Origin: Desulfatiglandales bacterium
Lineage (GTDB): Bacteria; Desulfobacterota; DSM-4660; Desulfatiglandales; Desulfatiglandaceae
NCBI GenBank assembly: GCA_963662465.1
Contig: OY759599.1
Location: forward strand, 1,952,001-2,016,000
Length of the DNA: 64,000 bases
Reading direction: 5' to 3'
Shown here: positions 7,680-17,777 of the stretch, piece by piece
How positions within the stretch are numbered: position 1 is the stretch's first letter
Layout: every line of letters starts with the position of its first letter
Notes under the pieces: model-generated
Seen by the model: the letters and a program-made list of their open reading frames with translations, nothing else
Told to the model about the DNA's origin: nothing
Databases searched by the model: none
Position numbers and translations under genes: made by a program

Positions 7680-10118
7680 TCAAGGGGTTTTTCCATTGCA
7701 CGGTAGAACAGGGCATGGCGCCGATTGAACGTTGGATTTTAAAGATTGAAAAACCACCACCCGGTTGCGCCCCGCTTCCTTGGCCCGGTACAGGGCTTCA
7801 TCAGCCTGGTCGATGATCTTTCGAGCGGAACCTTTTTCGCCCGGCACGTCCTGACTGACCCCCAGACTGATGGTGAACCGAATGGGGCCGGTCCTCCATG
7901 GGACCCGGGCCCCTTCCACCATCCGACGCAACCGTTCGCAGGCGGCGCGTCCCCCCTCCAGCGACGTCTCCGGCAGAATCACCGCAAACTCCTCCCCCCC
8001 GTATCGGCAGGCCACATCGGTCTGCCGGGACCATTGTCTGATAATCCTTCCCATATCCGCCAGAACCGCATCGCCGGCCGAGTGTCCCAGCGTATCATTG
8101 ATCCGCTTAAAAAAATCCAGGTCGATCATGGATAACGCCAGATCCGTACCATGCCGCTCGGCCCGCGCCCTTTCACTCTCAAGGGCTTCCATGAAATACC
8201 GGCGATTGAACAGACCGGTCAGTTCATCTCGAGTGGCCATTTCCGAGATCTTTCTTCGGGCCATGTGGATTTCTCTTTTGAGGCTCGCCTTTTCCATCAC
8301 ATTTCGAATGCAGCAGGAAACGGTTTCCGAATCAAAACGCGTTTTGGTCAGGTAATCATCAGCCCCTTCCTGAATCAGACGGGCGGCGATCATTTCATCT
8401 CCCTGCCCGGTTAACAGCACCACCGGAATTTCATAACCGGCTTCTTTCATGGCCCGCAAAAAATCAAAGCCATTCCCGTCCGGCAACTGATAATCCAGTA
8501 GCACCAGCGACGGCGATTTCTCCTGAAGACAGCGAAGCCCTTGTTCAATATTTCCGGCATGACGCAATTCAATGCCACCCACACGCTTTAAAACCGATTG
8601 AATGGTCTCAAAATCCTCAAGGGAATCCTCAATGGAAAGAACATGAATTTTCTGATCAATATTCACGATCCTGCCGCTGGACCCGTAGGGCTTGGTTTCA
8701 TACTGTCGAATGTTTTGAATTTTTTTGATGGTATCGGCAATTCTTCTGCCGGCCTCTTCAATTTCTTTCATGCAAAGGGCCAGTTCTTTCGGATCATCCT
8801 CTGCGTCCTTCATCAAATCAATATTTCCCAACAGTATGGACAGGGGCTGGTTCAGTTCGTGGGCCGTGGCCCCCGACATTTGAAGCAGAACCTTGAGACG
8901 TTCCTCTTCAATCAGTGCTTCCTGTTGTTCCAGAATTTTCCGGTTGGCGCTTTTGAGCTTCTCTTCCATCCGCTTTCGTGCCGTAATATCCCGAATGGAG
9001 GCCAGACAGACCTTCTTTCCCTCCCACTCAATTTCAACGCTTCGCATCTCCCCAACCTTCAGGGTTCCATCCCGACTCAGAATATCCAGCTCCGAGGTTT
9101 CCCCGGCAAGCAGTGGAAAGCCAAAGGATGAACCGATGAATGATCCCGAATCCCGACCGAACATTTTTTCAGCCGCCGGATTGATGATCCGCACAATCCC
9201 TTCATCATCCGCAAGAATCAAAGCGTCACTAAACTGATTAATGATTCCCCAAAGCCTTTCTTCACCGGCCTTGAGGTTTTCGGATTCACTTTTACGCCGG
9301 GTAACATCGGTTACGATAAAAGTGACATTGCCCTTGTCGGCGGCATGTGGAAGGGTTTCCATGGCAAGGAAACGATCGTTCAGGATAATGGGATCATCAT
9401 AGGGGATAGCAACGGAGGCCTGCGCGTTCATTTCCATCATGAGTCGCATAATGCGCAACCGATCTTTTTCGTTAAAAAGAGCCGGAAACGGGGCGCCCAG
9501 CAATTCCGAATCGTTCTTCCTGAAGAACGAGCAGGCCGCGTCATTCACGTAAAGGATTCGACCCTCCGGGCTCAGTTCCACAATGCCCTGGCTCATGTTA
9601 TCCAGGATCAAGCGGGTCTGTTTTTTTGAACAGAGCAACTCAGCCGTCATTTTCCGCGGGAAAACATGCGCCGTCCCGATAATCTCCCCTGAACGACATC
9701 GGTCGCTGACACCTTCAGGATCACGCAAAACTTCCTGAATGTAATCGACCATTTTCGAAACCGGGCCTTTGGCAATCAATGCATCGGCGCCCAATTCGTC
9801 CATGTCGGGTCGTTCCTCCACGAGCATTCCTGAAAAAACGGCGATATAAACGGACTGCAGTTCTTTTTTCCCTCGGATGGCCCGGCAAAGGTTTTTACCG
9901 TCCATATCGGGAAGAACCATGTCCAAAAATATAATATGGGGACGGTGAAAATGCAGCACATCCAAAGCCGAGAGACCATCCTGAACCGTCAGGACTTCAT
10001 ACCCGGCATCGGAAAGGGTCCGCTCCATGAACTCACGAATGACGGGATCATCATCCACCACCAGGACCTTTCTGAGGGCATGGCTCATTTCCCACGCTTT
10101 CTCTTTCACGGCGTTCAT
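7680..10118 (-). CDS. Diguanylate cyclase, REC-PAS-PAS-HisKA-REC-GGDEF
   Basis: Two receivers, two PAS, ATAHELNQP H-box without ATPase domain, DELTGLFNRR, RQTD I-site, RYGGEEF; start overlaps the kaiB stop (ATGA). Confidence 0.93.
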   Translation of the reverse strand: MNAVKEKAWEMSHALRKVLVVDDDPVIREFMERTLSDAGYEVLTVQDGLSALDVLHFHRPHIIFLDMVLPDMDGKNLCRAIRGKKELQSVYIAVFSGMLVEERPDMDELGADALIAKGPVSKMVDYIQEVLRDPEGVSDRCRSGEIIGTAHVFPRKMTAELLCSKKQTRLILDNMSQGIVELSPEGRILYVNDAACSFFRKNDSELLGAPFPALFNEKDRLRIMRLMMEMNAQASVAIPYDDPIILNDRFLAMETLPHAADKGNVTFIVTDVTRRKSESENLKAGEERLWGIINQFSDALILADDEGIVRIINPAAEKMFGRDSGSFIGSSFGFPLLAGETSELDILSRDGTLKVGEMRSVEIEWEGKKVCLASIRDITARKRMEEKLKSANRKILEQQEALIEEERLKVLLQMSGATAHELNQPLSILLGNIDLMKDAEDDPKELALCMKEIEEAGRRIADTIKKIQNIRQYETKPYGSSGRIVNIDQKIHVLSIEDSLEDFETIQSVLKRVGGIELRHAGNIEQGLRCLQEKSPSLVLLDYQLPDGNGFDFLRAMKEAGYEIPVVLLTGQGDEMIAARLIQEGADDYLTKTRFDSETVSCCIRNVMEKASLKREIHMARRKISEMATRDELTGLFNRRYFMEALESERARAERHGTDLALSMIDLDFFKRINDTLGHSAGDAVLADMGRIIRQWSRQTDVACRYGGEEFAVILPETSLEGGRAACERLRRMVEGARVPWRTGPIRFTISLGVSQDVPGEKGSARKIIDQADEALYRAKEAGRNRVVVFQSLKSNVQSAPCPVLPCNGKTP

Positions 10119-10399
10119 GAATTTTTACCCCTCAAGTTCAGCAAATCAAATACCCTTTTGCCATCGGAAAGATCGCCGATAAGGCGCCGCATGGGTGGGG
10201 GGGTCAGCAAAATCAGGGTAGGCGTCGCCATGACGTTGGCCTCCTCAGCCGATTGGGGATCTTTGAGTACATCAATAATCTCCAGAGTCCCCTGCCCCTT
10301 CAAACGCTCGTCAAAAATCGTCGTCACCCCATCGATGGCCTTTTTGGATCTCAGCGTATCCCCAGCCACGTATAATTTCATGAATACGTTGTTTTCCAT
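10115..10399 (-). CDS. kaiB: KaiB-family protein (second paralogue)
   Basis: KLYVAGDTLRS...IIDVLKDPQSAEE...MATPTL...PPPMRRLIGDLSD. Confidence 0.93.
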   Translation of the reverse strand: MENNVFMKLYVAGDTLRSKKAIDGVTTIFDERLKGQGTLEIIDVLKDPQSAEEANVMATPTLILLTPPPMRRLIGDLSDGKRVFDLLNLRGKNS

Positions 10400-10517
10400 G
10401 AATCCTCATCTTTCATCTTTGGAAACAATCTTTTGCCTCGAAAAACAGCCCTTTCCGGAACCCCATTAAAGCATAAGGCGCATACGGTGTAAACATATCA
10501 CTTCATAAAAATATCTT

Positions 10518-12812
10518 CTACGTGAGTTTATACTGAGCAACAATCTCCTTGATTTCTTCCGCCAGCTCGTTGAGGCCGGCAGCGGCTTTTTCGGACTGCT
10601 GGGTGCCGGCCTCAGTCTGGGCGGCGGCCTGGTCGATGCTTTCCATGGCGGAAGCCACCTGGTCCATACCTGCCAGTTGCTGGCGCGTACTGGCGGAAAT
10701 TTGCTGGGCCGCCGCCGCTACCTTCTCAATACGGGTCGTGATGGTTTCAATGGCTTCCCCGGTGGTGCGGGCCAATTGCTGCCCCGCCTCAGCTCGCCGG
10801 GTCCCCTCTTCGGTCACCATCACAGCCGTGTTGGCAGCTTTCTGAATCTCGCCTAAAATCTCTCTCACCTTGGCCGTGGCCTGACGGGACTTCTCCGCCA
10901 AACCGCGGACCTCGCCCGCCACCACGGCAAACCCTTTGCCTGCTTCACCGGCCCGGGCCGCTTCGATGGCCGCATTCAAGGCCAGCAAGTTTGATTGATC
11001 GGCAATGTCATTGACCGTGGCGTTAATATCTCCGATCTGCAGGGTCTGCTCGCTCAGGGTCAGAATGGTTTCGGCAATATGAGCTACCTGCGCTTTAATA
11101 TTGTCCATGCTCACCACGGTTTCCGCCACGGCCTGAAGCCCTTGTTTCGAAGCGGCAGTGGATTCCTGGGCCATTTGCGACACCATTTGCACTCGCTCAT
11201 GGGATTGTTCCGCTGTCTGTCGCACTTCCTGCACCGTGGTGGAGGTCTCATTGACAGCTGCGGCCTGCTGGCTGGTGGTGGCGGCCTGTTGGCTGGTGGT
11301 GGCCAGGATCTCAGTGGCGGCCGACGAGATATTGGCGGTGGCTTCCCACATTCGGGTGGCCAGACTGCGAAGACCGCCGGTCATGACGTTCAGATTCTTT
11401 GCCAGAATGCTTAAATCCCCGTCGCCGACCACGGCAACCTGGCCGGTCAAATCGCCCTGACCCACTTTTTCCACAAAAGCCACATAGGCACTGACTGTAT
11501 CCTCCAGATCGGCTTTCACCTGTTGCTCCTGATCGGCTTTCCGCGCCAGATCTTCCATGGATATTTTCAAGTTTTGAACCATGCCGTTAAAGGCGTCCGC
11601 CAGAATACCCACTTCATCCCGGGTTTTTACACGGGCCTCCACATCCAGATTTCCGGCTTTCACGGCCCGGGCCGTTTCGGTGATTTGGCGAATCGGTCGT
11701 GAAAGGGTGGCGGCAATCCAAAAAACGCACAGGGCTACGATCAGGGCTACGCCGCCTCCGATCATCCAGGTCATGTTCCGCAAATTTCGAGCAAGGGCAA
11801 AGGCCTTGGCTTCAGCTACCTCCGCAATAACAGCCCATTGGATGCCCTCTATGTTCACGGGCGCATAGGAAGAAAGCACCTTTACACCGCGATAATCCGT
11901 AATGAGACGGGTTCCGGTTTCCCCTGCAAGGGCTTTTCGGGAAGCAACCGTGTCCACGCCGTTTTTTGATACAGCGCTGGACAGAGATGCCTTAACCGAG
12001 TGGGTTTCAGGGCTCAAACGCGAATCCGACCGCATTCGCTTGTCCGATCCCACCAGATAAATTTCCAGACCTTCTTTGGCTTGGTCTCCATCGCTTACAA
12101 TGCTGTTCAGGAGAGCGAAAGGAAGCTGATAGACCAGAGCGCCGGTGCGGACCGGGCCGTTAAAAACAGGGGCGCCGGCGAACATGACCGGCTCGCCGTC
12201 CATCAAACCCACATCCACGAAACAGACATCCCCCTCCTTGGCGGATTTCAACCGGCGGCAGAGCGCTCCCAAATTGGTTTCCTTTAAAGGCCCGGATAGG
12301 AGGTTAACGCCGAAAAGCCTGCCCTTGTTACTGCTGTAAATCACATCACCCTCATTGTTCAACATGAGGATGTCGGCAATGCCCAGGAGTTGCTTATGTT
12401 CGGGGAGGGATGCATGCTGCTCCTGGTGAACCGTGCTGTAAGCACTGCCGTCCATGGCGTCCAGAAGCTTCGGCTTATCCAGGTAGAGGGAACGAATATT
12501 TTCAGACCCCAGAAATCGAAATCCATTGGCCAAGTCTCCCATATCATAAACGATGGCGGGTTTCTTGGCCATTTCCAGGAGATCGATTTTCCAACGGTTC
12601 CAAACCCGCAAAATTCGGTTTTTTTTAAGGGCCGTATCATCAGCCAATTGAATAAAGGCTTCCTGGCGCAGCGCTTTTTGCGCTTCCCCATAAAGCATCA
12701 CCCCCAGGGCCGCCAGCGGCGTCAGCGCAAACAGTAAAAACCAGAAGAGCAATTTACCTTGAATGCTTCGAAAAAAGCGCAGAGATGCGGCAGGTTTTTC
12801 CTGTTTTATCAT
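10518..12812 (-). CDS. Methyl-accepting chemotaxis protein (periplasmic Cache-like domain, HAMP)
   Basis: Two TM segments, [43 protein letters not shown] upstream of ATG 12812. Confidence 0.93.
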   Translation of the reverse strand: MIKQEKPAASLRFFRSIQGKLLFWFLLFALTPLAALGVMLYGEAQKALRQEAFIQLADDTALKKNRILRVWNRWKIDLLEMAKKPAIVYDMGDLANGFRFLGSENIRSLYLDKPKLLDAMDGSAYSTVHQEQHASLPEHKQLLGIADILMLNNEGDVIYSSNKGRLFGVNLLSGPLKETNLGALCRRLKSAKEGDVCFVDVGLMDGEPVMFAGAPVFNGPVRTGALVYQLPFALLNSIVSDGDQAKEGLEIYLVGSDKRMRSDSRLSPETHSVKASLSSAVSKNGVDTVASRKALAGETGTRLITDYRGVKVLSSYAPVNIEGIQWAVIAEVAEAKAFALARNLRNMTWMIGGGVALIVALCVFWIAATLSRPIRQITETARAVKAGNLDVEARVKTRDEVGILADAFNGMVQNLKISMEDLARKADQEQQVKADLEDTVSAYVAFVEKVGQGDLTGQVAVVGDGDLSILAKNLNVMTGGLRSLATRMWEATANISSAATEILATTSQQAATTSQQAAAVNETSTTVQEVRQTAEQSHERVQMVSQMAQESTAASKQGLQAVAETVVSMDNIKAQVAHIAETILTLSEQTLQIGDINATVNDIADQSNLLALNAAIEAARAGEAGKGFAVVAGEVRGLAEKSRQATAKVREILGEIQKAANTAVMVTEEGTRRAEAGQQLARTTGEAIETITTRIEKVAAAAQQISASTRQQLAGMDQVASAMESIDQAAAQTEAGTQQSEKAAAGLNELAEEIKEIVAQYKLT

Positions 12813-12841
12813 AGTCCTTCCTCCCAAACGATGAGATGCTT

Positions 12842-14037
12842 TTAATAGGAGGGGCGCCATCTGCCATCCTTGACCTGCATAACGTGAATGGTCTGAATGC
12901 CGTCCCCTTTTTTGTCAAAGGCCATCATGCCGGCCGTGCCCCGCCACATTTTCATCTGGGCCAGGCCGTCTCGAATTTTTTGCGGTTTTCCTGCAACTGT
13001 TCAGGATCATTGTTGATGCCTTTGCGCTTCATGATATTCACCAAAAATAGAAGGATATCATGCACCACCACGCTATACTGTTCCGGTCGGCATCCCATAT
13101 CCGGATACTTTGCCTCGCATCGTTTTGTAAATTCCTTTTTGAATGCAACCACCTTCGGCCTTGGATCATCCGGATTAAAAACGCTGCCGGTCCAGAATCC
13201 CTCCGCATCTTCACCGGCGATTTCAATAATCGCTTGCGACGACATGGCATTGGCGCCTAGAATGGGCTGTTTTATTCCCTGTTTTCGAATCGCCTTGAGA
13301 ATCAGCCCCCCTTCTTTGGGGAGGGCCGCAATGCAGATGCCGTCCGGATTGTATTGTTTGAGCTGAAGTGCCTGTTGCGTAAAATCCGTGTCTCCGGTTG
13401 AAAAACAGGTGGGGTTGTTCCGGTTGAGAATTTGAACATTTAATTCCCTGAAAATTTCAGGCCAGACTGTTTTACCCACAACGGCGGTGTAGACGTTTTC
13501 CGAATCATAGATCAGGGCCACACTTTTAATTTGATGCGCCTTAACCCAGGCCTTCGCCATAACATTTTCAATATTTTCGGCGCTGACAGTCATTCGAAAG
13601 GCATAGGGGAATTTTTTGAGGTCGCTCAGTCCAGGCTTGGCCGATGCAGTGGCAATGATAACCACCTTTTCCCGGTTGGTTGCCGGTCGAAGGGGTTCAA
13701 AGCAATGGCTGAACAATGGGCCGATGACCGCCAGCACGTGATCATCTTCCGCCAGTTTACGGTAGTTTTCCAGGGTCTGGGCGGCATCGCTTCCCGTATC
13801 ATAGAGAATTATCTCCACCGGCGTTCCATTGATCCCGCCCCGGCGGTTGATTTTTTCCACGGCCATTTCTATCCCCACAGCCTCTTTCTTTCCCCATCCC
13901 GGATTGAGACCGGTCATGGGGGCCAGCAATCCAACCTTCAAGGAACCCGAATCCGCCCATAAGAGAGGCAATCCCGCTCCAAAGATGCAAATTGCCAGAA
14001 GGCCTTCAAAAATTATTTTTTTCCATACCCATTTCAT
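12842..14037 (-). CDS. LivK-like periplasmic substrate-binding protein, frameshifted near the C-terminus
   Basis: Signal peptide, [28 protein letters not shown]; one extra A in the run at 12976-12981 restores ...[27 protein letters not shown]...[10 protein letters not shown] (stop at 12842). Confidence 0.8.
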
Positions 14038-14434
14038 TTTCCCGCCCCCCCTCAATCATCATGGGGCCTTCCAAAGCCCCTTTACACACCATGAGAATCG
14101 TATCCCCGTCCACCGGCTTGTTGAGCAGCTCGAATTCCGTTCCTTTTTGTGCCATAATTGACAGTTCCTCGAAAAATTCACCATAAAACGCCGTCACAAT
14201 GTATACCAGCATCTCTTGATCCAGTTTCCGGATTTCACTTAAAGTTTCCACCCCCGACATACCGGGCATTTTCAAATCCAGAAAGACCAGATCGTATGAT
14301 TCCGACGCGATCATTTCAAGGCCTTTTTTGCCGGACGAAGCCGTATCCACAAGGTAGCCGCTGTCCTCCAGCGCCAACTCAAAAGATCTGCGTATTGCAG
14401 CCTCATCGTCGATCACAATGATTCGTTTTGCCAT
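14006..14434 (-). CDS. Single-domain response regulator (paralogue of 2549-2932)
   Basis: VIDDE, FLDLKMPG, IVTAF, NKP. Confidence 0.92.
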   Translation of the reverse strand: MAKRIIVIDDEAAIRRSFELALEDSGYLVDTASSGKKGLEMIASESYDLVFLDLKMPGMSGVETLSEIRKLDQEMLVYIVTAFYGEFFEELSIMAQKGTEFELLNKPVDGDTILMVCKGALEGPMMIEGGRENEMGMEKNNF

Positions 14435-14476
14435 TATTGCCTCCACCCTCTTGAAAAACCAAATCCGACAAACTTA

Positions 14477-16309
14477 TTATACGGGCAGCCGCACTGTAAA
14501 AACGCTGCCCTTTCCCGGTTCACTGCGACATTCAATGTGCCCCCCGCGCTTTTCCACAATACCGCGGCTCACGGACAATCCCAGGCCGGTTCCTTTTCCA
14601 ACGGGCTTGGTCGTGTAAAAAGGGTCAAATATCTTCTCTTTAATGTCTTTGGGGATGCCGCATCCCGTGTCTGCCACGCGAACCTTGACATAGCCGTTCG
14701 GGTCGTGCGCAATGTAAATATCGATTTTTCTGGTATCCTTTTCTCTCACCGCATCCAGCGCATTACTGATGAGATTCAGAAAAATCTGTTGAATATTGCT
14801 CGCATTCACTGAAATTTCAGGGCAATTTTCCGCCGTTTTCATGCTAAACGAAACGCCTTCCTTTACAAGACGGTAGGAAAGCAATTTGTGCACCCGTTCA
14901 ATGATATTTTCACAGGAAATTACCTCACGGCTTTCCTCGCTTTGCGCTTCTATGCGGGAGAAGGTTTGGAGATTTTTGACAATCTCAATGCACCGGCGAG
15001 TCTCCCGTTCCATATCGTCCAGAACCGAATACACTTTGTTTTTCCCGTCCACATGTTTTTTGCAGTATTGGGCAAAATTGAGCATGCCCATCATGGGATT
15101 GTTGAGTTCATGGGCAATGCCGGCGGTCAGCGTTCCCAGGGCGCCCAGTTTTTCCGCTTGAATCAACTGGGCCTGGGACTCCCGTAAAGCCGTGGTGCGC
15201 TCCTCCACCCGCTTTTCCAGATTGTCGTGAGCGGCTTTCAGGTCCCTTTCCATCTGTTTACGCACGGAAATATCCCGAATCACTCCCACGGTTCCCATGA
15301 ATTCCTTCTGCTTCGCCTCCGGATTGACCTCCCACATGCCGGAGCTGTTCACCTCCATAATCACATATTCCCGGGTCAGGGGTTCGATGAAGCCCGGCTC
15401 AACGCTTGCCGCATTCAGCGGCACCAGACGAATCTCCAGTCCTTCGGTTTTCCGCGCCCCGGTCCGCTGTTCGTTAAACAGTTTCGGGGCCCCTTTATCG
15501 CTGGTTTTCCTGCCCTTCATTTTTTCCAGAACCGTTTCCCGGTCCACCTGGGCCGCATCCGACGGTAAAATGATTTGGCTGAAATGCCGACCGATCAAGT
15601 CCTCGGGCTTATAGCCCAACCGCTTGATGGCTTCGTTGACAAACGTAAATTTACCTTGAGAATCGATGCGATATACAATATCCGGAATGGTTTTCACGAG
15701 GCTTCGAAATCGATTTTCCGAAAGCCGTAATTCATAGACTCTCTCCGCTAATTTTTCATTGAGATCCCGGAGTTCTTCCTGAGCCTTCAACAGCTCCGTA
15801 TTGCGTAAAACCGCGTTTTCATAGGTGGAAAGGAGCAGATTCATGATCCGTGTGCTGGTGGAGAGTACTTTTCGTCGTTTGCCCCCTAAAACAATTTCCA
15901 GTTCCTCCCACTTCTCATTCCGGTTCAGCGCAGGGGGGTGATTGAGGATGTCTTCCACACGGGACAACAGGGAGGTTTCATCAAAGGGCTTCGTCAAATA
16001 GTAATCCGCTTTGGCTTCCAGTCCCTTAAGAATGTCCTTCGAGTCCGAAAGGGTGGTCAGCAGAATGATGGGAATATTTGCCAGTTCAGGATGATCCTTG
16101 ATTTCCCGACACATTTCGTAACCCGTCATTTTCGGCATGACCACATCGCTGATAATCAAATGGGGGTGCGTTTTCGTCGCCGCTTCCAGGCCCTGCCGTC
16201 CATCCCGGGCCACATGCACCTCATAGCCAACCTGTTCCAGCAAAAGCTTGAGATACATGGCCTGCGTGGGACTGTCCTCCACCACCAGGATACGATGATT
16301 ATTCGCCAT
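14477..16309 (-). CDS. REC-PAS histidine kinase
   Basis: VVEDSPTQ/ISDVVMP/TKP receiver, PAS, GIAHELNNP, NLISNALD, DTGCG, GTGLGL. Confidence 0.92.
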   Translation of the reverse strand: MANNHRILVVEDSPTQAMYLKLLLEQVGYEVHVARDGRQGLEAATKTHPHLIISDVVMPKMTGYEMCREIKDHPELANIPIILLTTLSDSKDILKGLEAKADYYLTKPFDETSLLSRVEDILNHPPALNRNEKWEELEIVLGGKRRKVLSTSTRIMNLLLSTYENAVLRNTELLKAQEELRDLNEKLAERVYELRLSENRFRSLVKTIPDIVYRIDSQGKFTFVNEAIKRLGYKPEDLIGRHFSQIILPSDAAQVDRETVLEKMKGRKTSDKGAPKLFNEQRTGARKTEGLEIRLVPLNAASVEPGFIEPLTREYVIMEVNSSGMWEVNPEAKQKEFMGTVGVIRDISVRKQMERDLKAAHDNLEKRVEERTTALRESQAQLIQAEKLGALGTLTAGIAHELNNPMMGMLNFAQYCKKHVDGKNKVYSVLDDMERETRRCIEIVKNLQTFSRIEAQSEESREVISCENIIERVHKLLSYRLVKEGVSFSMKTAENCPEISVNASNIQQIFLNLISNALDAVREKDTRKIDIYIAHDPNGYVKVRVADTGCGIPKDIKEKIFDPFYTTKPVGKGTGLGLSVSRGIVEKRGGHIECRSEPGKGSVFTVRLPV

Positions 16310-16733
16310 GGCGTTCCCCCCGCAAGGTCGCCCTGGGCTGCACGTTAACCAGCATCTTGACCTTCGCCAGGAACTCGGTCTCCCATTTGGGCGGTTCAAA
16401 ACCAAAACCCTTCGGCTTGGCCATCACATCCAGCGCACCGGCCCGCATAGCCTCAAAGGCTATATTCATTTCCTGAAAGTTGCTTTTGGCGGTTATCACA
16501 ATAATGGGGATGGGATTTTCGGCCATGATCCGTCGTGTGGCCTCCAGGCCGTCCATAACCGGCATGGTCACATCCATGGTAATCAGGTCAGGTTTTAAGC
16601 CACGGGCCATGGCAACTGCCTCCCCGCCATTTTCCGCTTCACCCACCACCTCAATTTCCGGATCAGCGTTCAGAAGTTCCTTGAGTATCATTCGAATGGT
16701 GGCAGAATCATCCACAATCAATATGCGTATCAT
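16299..16733 (-). CDS. Stand-alone CheB-type receiver domain protein
   Basis: IVDDS...VVGEAENG...TMDVTMPVMDG...IMAENPIPI, closely resembling the REC of the adjacent CheB. Confidence 0.85.
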   Translation of the reverse strand: MIRILIVDDSATIRMILKELLNADPEIEVVGEAENGGEAVAMARGLKPDLITMDVTMPVMDGLEATRRIMAENPIPIIVITAKSNFQEMNIAFEAMRAGALDVMAKPKGFGFEPPKWETEFLAKVKMLVNVQPRATLRGERHGE

Positions 16734-17767
16734 AATAGGATCAACTCCCTGATATTTCTACCAATGGCGTCAAGCGCCAGTACTTTTAACGCCGCATCCA
16801 TGGCAATGGCTTCCTTGGGCATTCCGAAAACGATGGAACTGGCCTCATCCTGAGCAATGGTATAGCCCCCTTCCTGTTTTATGGCATATAAACCGTCGGC
16901 CCCATCCCGACCCATTCCGGTCAGAAGGACGCCTAAGGCGCCGGCGCCGTAGTGTTTTGCCACTGAATTGAACAGGGCTGTTACCGATGGTCGGTGACCA
17001 TCCAGCGGATTCTGTTTAAGAAGCGCTGCCCGTCGTTCCCTTGTCACCTGAAGGTGAACATCGTCGGGGGCAACGTAAACAGTGCCCGGCAGAAGTAATT
17101 CACCGTTTTTCGCTAGTACGACGCGAATGGGGACCGTCTCGTTGAGCCATCGGGCCAGACCGGCGGTAAATCCTTTGCTGATATGCTGTACCAGCACAAC
17201 AGGCGCGGGAAATGTCGTCGGAAAATCCCCCAGAATGGTTTGAAGAGCCGGCGGCCCGCCCGTGGAGGCGCCCACGGCAACGATCCGGTATGAATGTGAA
17301 GGGCGTATGCTTGGGGAGGGCGCCTTTTTGGCGACCGGTTTTGAATTTTTCGCCGGCCATCGGCGCCGAACCACTTTCACATCGGACATGGCCTTAACCA
17401 CTTTGATGAGTTCATGAGCGCCCGGATCATCTTCAGGCAAACCGTGAGGCTTTCCAAACACCATCAATGCACCTGAGTCCACCCCCTTGTAGGTCACGCC
17501 CAAACGGATATCCGATTCGGTGCTGGTCAGTATGACGATGGGGACCGGTGATTCCGCCATAATGCGGCGAATGGCCTCATAACCATCCATTTCCGGCATA
17601 TGGATGTCCATGGTGACCACATCCGGATGAAGCCGGGCCACCATATCGATGGCCTCTTCACCGTTTTGCGCTTCCCCCACCACATGAAGCTCCGGATCCG
17701 TGCTGAAAATGGCCCGAATCAATTGTCGAATGGTTGGCGAATCATCGACAATCAGTGCTTTGATCAT
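16730..17767 (-). CDS. cheB: CheB methylesterase with receiver domain (WspF-like)
   Basis: REC plus GASTGG, VQHI, HRPSV, LTGMGRDG. Confidence 0.95.
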   Translation of the reverse strand: MIKALIVDDSPTIRQLIRAIFSTDPELHVVGEAQNGEEAIDMVARLHPDVVTMDIHMPEMDGYEAIRRIMAESPVPIVILTSTESDIRLGVTYKGVDSGALMVFGKPHGLPEDDPGAHELIKVVKAMSDVKVVRRRWPAKNSKPVAKKAPSPSIRPSHSYRIVAVGASTGGPPALQTILGDFPTTFPAPVVLVQHISKGFTAGLARWLNETVPIRVVLAKNGELLLPGTVYVAPDDVHLQVTRERRAALLKQNPLDGHRPSVTALFNSVAKHYGAGALGVLLTGMGRDGADGLYAIKQEGGYTIAQDEASSIVFGMPKEAIAMDAALKVLALDAIGRNIRELILL

Positions 17768-17777
17768 TTTTAAATCC

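Noticed and set aside
2977..10399. Complete KaiABC circadian clock
   Set aside because: No KaiC (double RecA-like ATPase) or KaiA ORF in the window; rhythmicity cannot be claimed
12970..12985. Programmed -1 ribosomal frameshift in the binding-protein gene
   Set aside because: No in-frame X XXY YYZ heptamer; a homopolymer indel explains it
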